This document shows, in pieces, positions 19,417 through 29,700 of a stretch of DNA of 64,000 nucleotides. The stretch is from an uncultured archaeon. GTDB lineage: Archaea > Micrarchaeota > Micrarchaeia > Micrarchaeales > CABMGC01. Position numbers and translations under genes: made by a program. Every line of letters begins with the position of its first letter. The stretch's first letter is position 1. The stretch is taken from the NCBI GenBank assembly GCA_963830445.1, contig CAWHMC010000005.1, positions 12,357 through 76,356 of the forward strand, given 5' to 3'. The notes beneath the pieces are model-generated. The model worked only from the letters and a program-made list of their open reading frames with translations, had not been told where the DNA came from and did no database searches.

Positions 19417-19436
19417 CTATTTAAACCTATTTAAAC
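19417..19436 (+). promoter_or_regulatory. Tandem duplicated TATA-like element (CTATTTAAAC x2) upstream of the RNA polymerase operon
   Basis: Exact 10-nt tandem repeat preceded by AAAAAG, lying 65-85 nt upstream of the rpoH GTG. Confidence 0.4.
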
Positions 19437-19500
19437 TAATAAAGGGTATGCCTAACGTAAGAGTTAGAGTCAGCGCGCGTTTTTTGGCAGTGGTGTAAGA

Positions 19501-19731
19501 GTGTCCGAGAGAGCCATCCATGAGTTCGTACCGTTTCACGAGATTCTTAGCGATAAGGAAGTAAAAGAGGTCTGTGCAAAATTGAATCTGCGGGTGGAGA
19601 ACCTGCCCAAGATGCTGAGCACAGATCCGCAGGCGATCAGACTGAGTGCAAAGCCCGGCAATGTGGTCATGATAAAGCGGGATGACCAGGGCAATGAGTA
19701 CACCTATTACAGGCTCGTTGTCGAGGGTTAA
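19501..19731 (+). CDS. rpoH: DNA-directed RNA polymerase subunit H (Rpo5)
   Basis: HEFVPFHEILSDKEVKEV...LPKMLSTDPQAIRLSAKPGNVVMIKR...YYRLVV. GTG start. First gene of the rpoH-B-A operon. Confidence 0.9.
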   Translation: MSERAIHEFVPFHEILSDKEVKEVCAKLNLRVENLPKMLSTDPQAIRLSAKPGNVVMIKRDDQGNEYTYYRLVVEG

Positions 19732-19753
19732 AAGCCCTACGTAGCGTGATTTA

Positions 19754-21250
19754 ATGGAGGACAAAAACGTATTGCTGAGTTCGTATTTGACGCAGGCCAC
19801 ACTGGTACAGCACCAGAACGACAGCTTCAACAGATTCCTCGACACAGGCATCCCGAAGGCGATGGGCAACCAGAGCCTCATAGAGCCCAGCGTCGAGGGC
19901 TTCGCACTGAAGCTTGGCGCAGTACGAATCGGCAGCCCCTCCATCGTCGAGGCCGACAGCTCGCGCAGGAACATAATGCCCAACGAGGCTCGCCTGCGCA
20001 ACGTCACCTACTGCGCCCCTATCTACATGGAAGTCGTACCGGTCATCCGCGGCATAGAGAAGACGGCCTCCTACGGAGAGGTTTATGTGGGCGATCTGCC
20101 GATCATGGTGCGCAGCAATCTTTGCCACATGAAGACGATGAGCCGCACGCAGCTCATCGAGAACGGCGAGGATCCGGACGACCCGGGTGGATACTTTATA
20201 ATCAAGGGTGTTGAGCGCGTACTCATCGGTCTTGACGACGTCGCCTCAAACCGCATAATCACCACGAAGGAGAAGAAGGGCAGCGAGGTCAAGAGCCGCG
20301 TCTTCTCATCTACACCGGGCTTCAGGGCGCGGTGCGTAGTCACAAGAAACCAGAACGGTGCGTTCGTCGTGGACTTCCCGACGGTGAGCCGCAGCCTGGA
20401 ACTCACTCTGCTTCTGCGCGCGCTGGGCATGCAGATAGACGAGATAAAAGAATATTCAAGTTCACTTCTGCCGCTTAAGAACGACATCCTGCTCAACATA
20501 GAGTTGAGCAGCGTCAACAAGAAAGAGGGCGGCGGCGTCATGACTCCGGCAGAGGCACTGCTGGAGATCGGCAAGCTCGCAGCTCCCGGCCAGGCCAAGG
20601 AGTACCAGATCAAGAGGGCGGAGATGCAGATGGACAGCTACCTGCTCCCCCACGTCGGCGCCGATGAGAAGGCACGCAAGGAGAAGGCGAAGTACCTGCT
20701 CGAGATGGCGAAGAAGTCGACAGCGGTCGCGAACCGCATGGTCAAGCAGGACGACAAGGACCACTACGCGAACAAGCGTACGCGCTTCGCAGGCGAGCTC
20801 ATGGAGGAGCTCTTCGCCTACGCATTCCGATTCTTCCTCAAGGAGGTGAAGTACCAGATCGAGCGCATGAGCGCGAGAGGACGTCGCCTCAGCATGCAGT
20901 CGATAATCAGCCCCGACACGCTCACCGAGAAGATCGCCTACGCCATGGGAACAGGAACCTGGGTGGCGGGGCAGACGGGAGTCTCGCAGGTGCTGGACCG
21001 CACGAACCTGATTAGCACCTATGCACATCTGAGAAGGGTGAAGTCGCCACTGGCGAAGAAGCACCCGCACTTCCGTGCGCGCGACGTTCACGGCACGCAG
21101 TGGGGCAAGATCTGCCCGACAGAGAGCCCAGAAGGCCAGGAAGTCGGCCTGACCAAGTACCTTGCGCTCATGGCCAAGGTGACGGTCGGCGCCGACGAGG
21201 CCATGACTGAGACCGAGATAAAGAAGCTCGCGAGCATCAAGCCGGTTTAG
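19754..21250 (+). CDS. rpoB2: DNA-directed RNA polymerase subunit B'' (Rpo2N, N-terminal half of split B)
   Basis: 498 aa with LVQHQNDSFNRFL, GYFIIKGVERVLI and GLTKYLAL. It ends where the B/B' split occurs in several archaeal lineages. Confidence 0.93.
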   Translation: MEDKNVLLSSYLTQATLVQHQNDSFNRFLDTGIPKAMGNQSLIEPSVEGFALKLGAVRIGSPSIVEADSSRRNIMPNEARLRNVTYCAPIYMEVVPVIRGIEKTASYGEVYVGDLPIMVRSNLCHMKTMSRTQLIENGEDPDDPGGYFIIKGVERVLIGLDDVASNRIITTKEKKGSEVKSRVFSSTPGFRARCVVTRNQNGAFVVDFPTVSRSLELTLLLRALGMQIDEIKEYSSSLLPLKNDILLNIELSSVNKKEGGGVMTPAEALLEIGKLAAPGQAKEYQIKRAEMQMDSYLLPHVGADEKARKEKAKYLLEMAKKSTAVANRMVKQDDKDHYANKRTRFAGELMEELFAYAFRFFLKEVKYQIERMSARGRRLSMQSIISPDTLTEKIAYAMGTGTWVAGQTGVSQVLDRTNLISTYAHLRRVKSPLAKKHPHFRARDVHGTQWGKICPTESPEGQEVGLTKYLALMAKVTVGADEAMTETEIKKLASIKPV

Positions 21251-21258
21251 GTGATATT

Positions 21259-23082
21259 TTGGACAACGCAAAGAAAGCTTATGTATATCTGAATGGACGC
21301 GCAATCGGCACCATAGAGGACCCGAAGGCATTCGTGACAGAGGTACGCTCGGCCCGCAGGAGCGGCAAGATATCGGGAGAGATAAACATCACCCTCGTGG
21401 AAAGGCTCAACAGCGTCAACATCAACACGGACCGCGGCAGGCTTCGCAAGCCCTACATAATCGTCGAAGGCGGGAAGTCAAAGGTGACTCCGGAGATACT
21501 TGATCGCCTCAAGAAGAAGGAGATAAACTTCAACTACCTGATACGCAGCGGCATAGTGGAGTACCTCGACGCAGAGGAGGAGGAGAACGCGCTTGTCGCC
21601 ATCGAGGAGAAGGATATCACCGAGAGGCACACGCACCTCGAGTTCGACCTCGCCTCGATCTTCGGACTCTCCATAAACCTTGCACCCTTCGAAGAGCACA
21701 ACGCATCTGCACGTCAGGCCATGAGCGCGAACTACATGAAGCAGTCAGAAGGACTGTATGTAACGAACTTCAACCAGAGGTTCGACTCCCGTTCCTACAT
21801 CCTGTTCTACCCGCAGGCGCCGATCGTAACGACCATGCCCTACGAGGCTCTTGACATCAAGCGCCACCCAAGCGGACAGAACCTGGTGGTCGCTATCAGC
21901 ACCTACTACGGATACAACATGTCCGACGCAATTGTGCTCAACAGGGCAGCGGTCGACCGCGGAGTCGGACGCAGCATGTTCTACAAGTCCTACACGGACG
22001 AGGAGCGCAGATACCCGGGCGGGCAGCGCGACCGTTTCAAGATTCCATCGGCAACTTCAGAGGGCTACATGGGAGAGCACGCCTATTCAAAGCTCAGCGA
22101 GGACGGAATCATCGAGCCGGAGATGGCGGTCGAGGAAGGCGACGTCCTTATCGGAAAGGTCGCACCTCCGCGATTCCTTGAGGAGAACATAGGCGCGAGC
22201 GGACTGGAGGAGCGCACGCGCGACGACTCGGTGGTGCTGAAGCCGAGCGAGAACGGAGTGGTAGACAGCGTCGTCTTCACGGAGACGCAGGGCGCCACGA
22301 AGACGGTCAAGGTGCGCATACGCAGCATCCGAATTCCTGAGCGCGGAGACAAGTTCGCAAGCCGTCACGGACAGAAGGGAGTGGTTGCGCTCATAGCGGA
22401 TCCGGCAGACATGCCGTTCAGCGAGAGCGGCATAGTCCCTGACCTGCTGCTCAACCCGCACTCCATACCTACTCGACTCACGTTCGGGCACCTGCTGGAG
22501 GAGATAGCGGGCAAGGCGGGCTCAGTAGACGGAAGAAAGGTCGACGGCACCGCATTCACCCAGACCGGCAAGGAGAGGCTTGCGGAGTACAGCGAGATGC
22601 TCAAGGCAGCGGGCTTCGACGAGCACGGAGATGAGATACTTTACGACGGCATGACCGGCCGGCCGTTCAAGGCGAAGATATTCACCGGAGTTGCATACTA
22701 CAACAGGCTGTACCACATGGTCAGCAACAAGATACAGGTGCGCAGCCGCGGCAAGGTGCAGATACTCACCCACCAGCCCACGGAAGGAAAGGCCCGACAG
22801 GGTGCTCTGCGATTCGGAGAAATGGAACGCGATGCACTCATCGGCCACGGCGCGAGCCTGCTGCTCAAAGAGAGGATGCTTGACCAGAGCGACAAGACCA
22901 CGGTGCTCATCTGCAAGACCTGCGGAGGCATGGGCTACCACGACTTCCTGAAGCGCGTGGACGTCTGCCCGCTCTGCGGCAACGGCACCCTGATACCCGT
23001 CGAGATAAGCTACGCCTTCAAGGTGCTGCTTGACGAGATCCGTTCGATGCACATAATGCCGACGGTCAAACTGAAGGAGTGA
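21259..23082 (+). CDS. rpoB1: DNA-directed RNA polymerase subunit B' (Rpo2C, C-terminal half of split B)
   Basis: 607 aa with GDKFASRHGQKGVV, NPHSIPTRLTFGHLLE, RFGEMERDALIGHGAS and a C-terminal Cys4 ribbon (CKTCG...CPLCG). TTG start. Confidence 0.93.
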   Translation: MDNAKKAYVYLNGRAIGTIEDPKAFVTEVRSARRSGKISGEINITLVERLNSVNINTDRGRLRKPYIIVEGGKSKVTPEILDRLKKKEINFNYLIRSGIVEYLDAEEEENALVAIEEKDITERHTHLEFDLASIFGLSINLAPFEEHNASARQAMSANYMKQSEGLYVTNFNQRFDSRSYILFYPQAPIVTTMPYEALDIKRHPSGQNLVVAISTYYGYNMSDAIVLNRAAVDRGVGRSMFYKSYTDEERRYPGGQRDRFKIPSATSEGYMGEHAYSKLSEDGIIEPEMAVEEGDVLIGKVAPPRFLEENIGASGLEERTRDDSVVLKPSENGVVDSVVFTETQGATKTVKVRIRSIRIPERGDKFASRHGQKGVVALIADPADMPFSESGIVPDLLLNPHSIPTRLTFGHLLEEIAGKAGSVDGRKVDGTAFTQTGKERLAEYSEMLKAAGFDEHGDEILYDGMTGRPFKAKIFTGVAYYNRLYHMVSNKIQVRSRGKVQILTHQPTEGKARQGALRFGEMERDALIGHGASLLLKERMLDQSDKTTVLICKTCGGMGYHDFLKRVDVCPLCGNGTLIPVEISYAFKVLLDEIRSMHIMPTVKLKE

Positions 23083-23086
23083 TACC

Positions 23087-25645
23087 ATGCAGGCTGAAGC
23101 AATAAACTTTATACGATTCGGAATCCTCTCACCGGAGGAGATCAAGAAGCTCAGCACCGCGAAGCTCACGGTGCCGGACACCTACAACGAGGACGGCTAC
23201 CCCATAGACGGGGGCCTGCTCGACCAGAGGCTGGGGGTCATAGACCCGGGCCTGGTGTGCAAGACCTGCGGCGCGCGCGCCAAGACCTGCCCGGGCCACT
23301 TCGGCCACATCGAGCTGGTCAGGCCGGTGCTCCACAGCGAGTTCTCCAAGGTCCTCTACGCCATACTGCGCGCGACGTGCTTCGACTGCCACAGGATTCT
23401 CATAGATGACAAGCAGATCGAGAAGCTGCGTGAGATCGACGTGACGGAGGACGAGGCAGCAGCCGTCGTTGCCGCGGAAGACAAGAAGGAGGGCAAAGAC
23501 GAGGCAGCAGAGGAAAGACGCGGCGGGATGACCAACAGCAAGGTCAAGACGAGCAAGAAGTGCCCGCACTGCGGCTCGGTCCAGCCGAAGCTCAAGTTCT
23601 CACAACCAACATTCTTCAACATAGGCGACAGGAAGCTGAAGCCGGACGAGATACGCGACATGGTCTCCCGCATAAGCAAGGAGGACCTCAAGCTTCTCAA
23701 CATCGACCCGCAGGTGAGCAACCCGGCGTGGCTCGTGCTGAGCGCGCTTATCGTGCCGCCGGTGAACGTCCGCCCGTCCATCACTCTCGAATCCGGAGAG
23801 AGGAGCGAGGACGACCTCACCCACAAGCTCGTGGACATCATGCGCATAAACCAGCGCCTGGAGCAGAACATCAATGCGGGCGCGCCGCAGATCATAATCG
23901 ACGACCTGTGGGAGCTTCTGCAGTACCACGTAACCGCCTACTTCAACAACGAGACATCGGGCATCCCGCCGGCCCGCCACAGGAGCGGCAGGGCCCTCAA
24001 GACCCTCGCCCAGAGGCTGAAGGGCAAGGAGGGACGCTTCAGATACAATTTGAGCGGCAAGCGTGTCAACTACTCCGCAAGAACGGTCATCAGCGTCGAC
24101 CCCTACGTCAACATCGACGAGGTCGGAGTGCCCATGGAGATAGCATCGAAGCTCACCGTGCCATTTTACGTAACAGCGTGGAACGTGGAGCACGCCAAGG
24201 AGATGCTCATGCGCACCGCCTATCCGACCATCGTCAACGTCATAGCACGCGACGGGAAGCGCAAGCGCGCAATCGACACGAACCGGGAGGAGCTGGTGAA
24301 GGAGCTCGCGGTGGGCGACATAATGGAGCGCCAGCTGGTCGACGGAGACATAGTCCTATTCAACAGGCAGCCATCGCTGCACAGGATCTCCATCATGGCC
24401 CACAAGGTCAAGGTGCTGCCGGGCAAGACGTTCAGGATAAACTTCTGCACCACCGCTCCGTACAACGCAGACTTCGACGGAGACGAGATGAACCTGCACG
24501 TGCCGCAGACGCTGGAGGCCCAGGCCGAGGCGCGGCTGCTCATGGACGTGAAGTACCAGGTCTTCTCGCCCAAGGACGGCGGAGCGATCATAACGAACAA
24601 CGAGGACGGACTCAGCGGAGTCTTCGAACTCACCCAGGAAAAGACCCTGCTCTCCAAGGACGAGGCCTCCTACCTGCTCGGCATAGCGGGCGTATACGAG
24701 CTTCCGAAGCCGGTGAAGGGCGGCCTCTACAGCGGAAGGGACGTCTTCTCCATGGTGCTGCCACCAGGCATAAACTTCGAGAACAAGTCTGTCAAGATAA
24801 AGAACGGGAAGATAGTCGACGGGATAATAACCAAGGAGTCCTACGGCAAGGGCAACGGCCTGTTCATACGGATAGCGATCGACCACGGCTACGACGTCCT
24901 CAAGGAGTTCATCTTCACCTCATCCAAGCTGGCAGACGCCTACGTCACGCTAGCAGGAGTCACTGTGGGAGTGAAGGAGTACGCGATTGATGAGATTCTG
25001 GAGAAGGAGAGAGCGAAGATCATCACTGAGACGTTCGAGAAGGTCAACGCGCTGATTGAGCAGTACAAGAGCAAGAAGCTCGAGCCGCTCATCGGCTACA
25101 CGCTGCGCGAGTCCCTGGAACGCATCATAATAACAGAGCTCAACATCGCCAGAACGAAGGCGGGAGACATACTCATGAAGCACGAGGGCAACACCGACAA
25201 CAGCGCAGTCAAGATGACCAAGTCCGGAGGCAGAGGAAACGTGCTGAACCTGGAGCAGATGAGCATGTTCCTGGGCCAGCAGGCGACACTGAGCGGAGGC
25301 CGCATAAAGAGAGGATACTACACCAACAGGGTGCTGCCACACATCGCGCCGGGAGAGGTCGGACCAGTTGCTCACGGCTTCGTAACGACGAGTTACTACT
25401 CGGGCATGGCCCCGGTGGAGCTGTTCATGCACGCGGTCGGATCAAGAGGTTCAGAGGTTTACAAGGCGCTTCTCACAGGACGTTCGGGCTACCTGTACCG
25501 CAGGCTCTCCAACGCGCTGCAGGACTATTACGTCAAGAAGGACCTCAGCGTGCGTGATGTCAACAACAACATCATACAGACGCTGTACGGCGGGGACGCG
25601 ATAAACCCGACCATGGCCCAGTTCGAGAAGGTTGATGGTGAATAA
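23087..25645 (+). CDS. rpoA1: DNA-directed RNA polymerase subunit A' (Rpo1N)
   Basis: 852 aa with the zinc motif CKTCGARAKTCPGHFGHIEL, the catalytic NADFDGDEMNLH, and RQPSLHRISIMAHKV. Confidence 0.96.
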   Translation: MQAEAINFIRFGILSPEEIKKLSTAKLTVPDTYNEDGYPIDGGLLDQRLGVIDPGLVCKTCGARAKTCPGHFGHIELVRPVLHSEFSKVLYAILRATCFDCHRILIDDKQIEKLREIDVTEDEAAAVVAAEDKKEGKDEAAEERRGGMTNSKVKTSKKCPHCGSVQPKLKFSQPTFFNIGDRKLKPDEIRDMVSRISKEDLKLLNIDPQVSNPAWLVLSALIVPPVNVRPSITLESGERSEDDLTHKLVDIMRINQRLEQNINAGAPQIIIDDLWELLQYHVTAYFNNETSGIPPARHRSGRALKTLAQRLKGKEGRFRYNLSGKRVNYSARTVISVDPYVNIDEVGVPMEIASKLTVPFYVTAWNVEHAKEMLMRTAYPTIVNVIARDGKRKRAIDTNREELVKELAVGDIMERQLVDGDIVLFNRQPSLHRISIMAHKVKVLPGKTFRINFCTTAPYNADFDGDEMNLHVPQTLEAQAEARLLMDVKYQVFSPKDGGAIITNNEDGLSGVFELTQEKTLLSKDEASYLLGIAGVYELPKPVKGGLYSGRDVFSMVLPPGINFENKSVKIKNGKIVDGIITKESYGKGNGLFIRIAIDHGYDVLKEFIFTSSKLADAYVTLAGVTVGVKEYAIDEILEKERAKIITETFEKVNALIEQYKSKKLEPLIGYTLRESLERIIITELNIARTKAGDILMKHEGNTDNSAVKMTKSGGRGNVLNLEQMSMFLGQQATLSGGRIKRGYYTNRVLPHIAPGEVGPVAHGFVTTSYYSGMAPVELFMHAVGSRGSEVYKALLTGRSGYLYRRLSNALQDYYVKKDLSVRDVNNNIIQTLYGGDAINPTMAQFEKVDGE

Positions 25646-26679
25646 ATGGCAAAAGGACGCAGCAAGTACACAGTTCATTATGGCGAGCCCGTAGGCATGA
25701 TAGCAGCCCAGTCGCTGGGAGAGCCGGGCACCCAGATGATCCTGAGGGCATTCCACTTCGCAGGCATAGAGTCTACCATAGCCACGTCAGGGCTTCCGCG
25801 CATAGTGGAGCTCGTGGACGCGCGCAAGAAGCCTCCCACGCCTATTACCTTCGTCTACCTCACCGGAGACGCGAGGAAGAACTTCGACAAGGCGAGCGCG
25901 GTGGTCAAGAAGATAAGTGAGGTGCGCATGAACTTCATAGTAAAGCGCGCCCTGGAGAACTTCTCCAAGGGCATAATCAAGCTCGTCCTGGACGAGCAGA
26001 TGGTCAGCGCCAACGACCTCACGCCCGGGCAGATCTCCCAGAAGATAGGGAAGCGCATGGGGGCGGAGTCCAAGGTGGACCACGACGGCAACATACTCAT
26101 ACGGCTCAAGACTAAGAACCTCACCGAGATTCGCTCCACGAGCGTCAAGATCATGAAGGAGGTCATCCAGGGTATTGAGGGCGCCGGGAAGGCGATCCTC
26201 CAGCAGGACAAGGATGGCGAGTTCTACGTAATAGCGGCAGGCAGCAACATCAAGGACATCATAGACGTGGACGGCGTAGACAAGTCGCGCCTCTACACCA
26301 ACGACGTCTTCGCCATGTACAGGCAGTTCGGCGTCGAGGCTGCGCGCAACACCATAGTCAGGGAGCTCAGCAACACGCTCAAGGAGCAGAAGATCGGCGT
26401 TGACGACAGGCACCTGATGCCATCGCGGACGCCATGTCCTACGACGGCACCATACGCGGAGTGGGACGGCACGGACTCAGCGGCCAGAAGCGCAGCGTCT
26501 TCGCCAAGGCGGCCTACGAGGAGACGGTGAAGCACCTGGTCAACGCGGCGGCGTTCAGCGAGATTGACAACATGCGCGGCGTAACCGAGAACATCCTGGT
26601 GGGCAAGCAGATACCCCTGGGCACGGGCTCGGTAAGGCTTGCGATAAAGAAGGAGGACGTGCAGAAGGCGAAGAAGTAG
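25646..26679 (+). CDS. rpoA2: DNA-directed RNA polymerase subunit A'' (Rpo1C), interrupted by a 1-nt frameshift near 26420
   Basis: The frame from 25646 reads [28 protein letters not shown]...VDDRHLM and then junk. The conserved continuation [39 protein letters not shown]...GTGS is in the -1 frame and runs to 26679. The span of 1034 nt is not a multiple of 3. Confidence 0.85.
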
Positions 26680-26715
26680 TCCTTCCTCCAGGTTCTATTT
26701 GAGTATTAGCTTCAG

Positions 26716-29700
26716 CTATTGTACAAGGCGGCTCAGATAATTGGTGGCTGACCCTAGCGCACCATTGATAACATCATCAACCGTGGGCTTGCCGTTGTTG
26801 TAGATGTATTGCTGTGGGGAAGGGGTAGAAACAGTAGCATTTACAGGTGTGGGGATTGTTGTTAGCACTGTGCTTGTAGAGGTAGAAGGAGCAGCGGTGC
26901 TTGCGGTTTGGGCTATCAGTTTAGGCACAGGAACTGGTATGGTAGTGGTAGGAGTTGGTGCACTTACGAAGTAGGACGGGCCTATTACAACCGACGCAGG
27001 CTGAGAGTTGGAGGGTGCGGCCTGGGTTTGAGCCTGAGTCACGAGTACGGTCGCAGCTGTATCATAGATGTCGACACTTATGTCTGACACTGACACGCAG
27101 TAGGTCGTTGTTGAGGATGGATTTACAGTGTATGAAGAAGAAGTAGTGTTGGGTATCAGCGTGTAGGCGTTGCTGTTACAGGAGGGGCTTCCGGTAGAGG
27201 AGTTGGCCGTAGAGAACCAATGATAAGAGTAGGGGGGCGTTCCGCCAACAGCTGAAACTGTAAGTGTGACAGGTTGGCCCTGCGATGCCGTCTGCGAAGA
27301 GGCGGAGAGGCTGGCGTTTAGTGGCGCGGTGGTGGAGGCAGTGGGGTATACTGTAGAAGTTGCAGTTGTGATGGTGCTTGTGACCGCATCGCCAGTTACG
27401 GCCTGGGCGGTCTTGGCGGTGCTCGATACGTTTATTATAGTATTTAAGTAGTATATGTCGCCGCTATTGTTGTTCATTCCATTGTCATAAATTTTTACAC
27501 AGTAACGAGTAGTGGATGTAGGGTGGACTACATACGTCGCCCCGCCACCCTGTGAAGTTTCATTATATCCTTGGTACAGGCACTGCCCTATGTACGAGTC
27601 GCCGGTGGGATTAGTGTACCAGATGTAGTTGAAGGGGGGCGTGCCTCCGATAACATTGACAGTCATGGTCACCGCTTGCCCCGGCTGCACAGTGTAAGAT
27701 GAGACGGAGAGCGTAGCCTTCATGTTCTGAACCTCTCCGAAGAGGTTCAGGGTGTTGTTGTACATACTCTGATTGAAGATGAGCACTGTGGAGTTCATCC
27801 CAGTGACACTGCTTTTTAGAGTATAGTATGCAGGTCCCTGATATCCATGGAGGGAGTATAACGTGGGGTTCGGGTTGGTCAGCCAGGTGTAGTACTGGTT
27901 CTGAGAGGTTATATTATATCCCAATTCTGTAGTGTTAGGGTAGTTGTATATAGCGTAAAAGCCCGAACCTTGCCAGCCGTTGGCTGCAGTACGTAATCCT
28001 ATCCAGGACCAGGTGTTGCCAGTTATTGTTATGGGGATGGTCGTGAACGTGCGGTTGTAGGCGGCCTGAGAGTTGAAGTACCAGCTCAGGTTAAAGAGTG
28101 CGTAGGCATGTGGGAAGTTTGGATATAGCCCGGTGCTGCCCTGCATGTAGTATCCTGGGCCTTGCCAGCCGTTCCAGGTAGGGTAAATATTGATTTTCGA
28201 AGAGGGGACGGCCGTTACCCAGGCAGCCACATCATAAAGATTGTTATTGCTGTCAGTTATTGAAACGCAGTATAGTGTGTTGACTGTTGGGTAGGCCGTG
28301 TAAGACGCCGATGTGGCACCGGTTATTTGAACATAGGCCATATAGGTGCAGTTGCCGTTCTCGAAGCCCCCGTCGTAGGTAGCTGCTGTTGAGAACCACC
28401 TATAGTTATAGGGCGGCGTGCCTCCGGACGCAGAAACACTTAAGGTAAGGGGCTGCCCCACGCTCGCTACGACCCAACTGTTTACCATTGATGTTGATGC
28501 GAGCCCAGCCGGACTCACGGCGTCTGCAAACATAAGAACATGCAATGGAGTTATTGTAGTGCCGGGTTCTGTTGTTGCGTTTGTAGTGGAGGCTGGGGTG
28601 TTTAATACGATTGTCGTGGTGGAGGTGGTCGGGGTTGATGTGATGGTTGTCGCTGCCTGGGGCGCGCTAGCGTAGTCGGCAGTCAGGGTTATTGGTCCCG
28701 TGACATTGATTGACAGCCCGCTCGTGATGCACGGATTTGAAGAGGGAATCGCGCCGCTCCAGGAGGCGAAGTTGTAGTTTGGCAGGCTATCCCAGTTTGC
28801 CGTGCAGAGATAGTTTATCTGGGAGCCGTAGGGCACCTCGACGGACGCCGATGGCGTACCTGGACCTGCACAGGTCTGGCCGGAGGATCCGGCGTAATTG
28901 AAGCATGCGCCCCAGCTGGTTGCGGCCGCGGCAGGAGTTTCTTGGATTGTTACTTGCTCATAGGCGACAGTAGTAGTTGACGTGGTTGTTGTGGTAGAGA
29001 CGGTGGTTGTCGAACTTTGCGTTGTGGTGCTACTGGAAGTAGCTGTATATAACGCTTGGATCGTGAGCGGGCCTGTGATGTTTACAATGTAATTGTAGTT
29101 TATGCAGGGACTTGCCGGGTAGCGGAGGGTTGGAATCCAGTAGTTTGTGTTCTCTACCCAGCCGTAGAAGTTGTAGGCTGGAGAGCCGCCCCAGTTTGAA
29201 GTGCAGAGATAATCTAGATCAGAACCGTATGGAACCTGAATGGTGGTGGATGCTTGGCCGTTTCCCACACACACCTGCCCACTGCTGCCATTATAGTTGA
29301 AGCATGCGCCCCAGCTGTTTGCAGCTGCTTGAGGACCCTCTTCGATCGTGACGGGCTCGTATAGAATTGTCGTTGTAACTATGGGTGCATAATTTGCCAC
29401 GATTGTAAGGGGAGATGTGACATTGATTGATAGCCCGCTCGTGATGCACGGATTTGAAGAGGGAATCGCGCCGCTCCAGGAGGCGAAGTTGTAGTTTGGC
29501 AGGCTATCCCAGTTTGCCGTGCAGAGATAGTTTATCTGGGAGCCGTAGGGCACCTCGACGGACGCCGATGGCGTACCTGGACCTGCACAGGTCTGGCCGG
29601 AGGATCCGGCGTAATTGAAGCATGCACCCCAGCTGTTGGATGCCGCCGAAGGGGTCTCCTGAATAGTGACAAGGACTGGGGCTGACGAGGAAGCGTATAC

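Noticed and set aside
23560-24990. 476-aa Arg/Gly/Ala/Pro-rich ORF in an alternative frame on the same strand as rpoA1.
   Set aside because: It lies wholly inside the well-conserved RpoA' reading frame. Its composition (RGRAAQ-type) is typical of an off-frame read of GC-rich codons.
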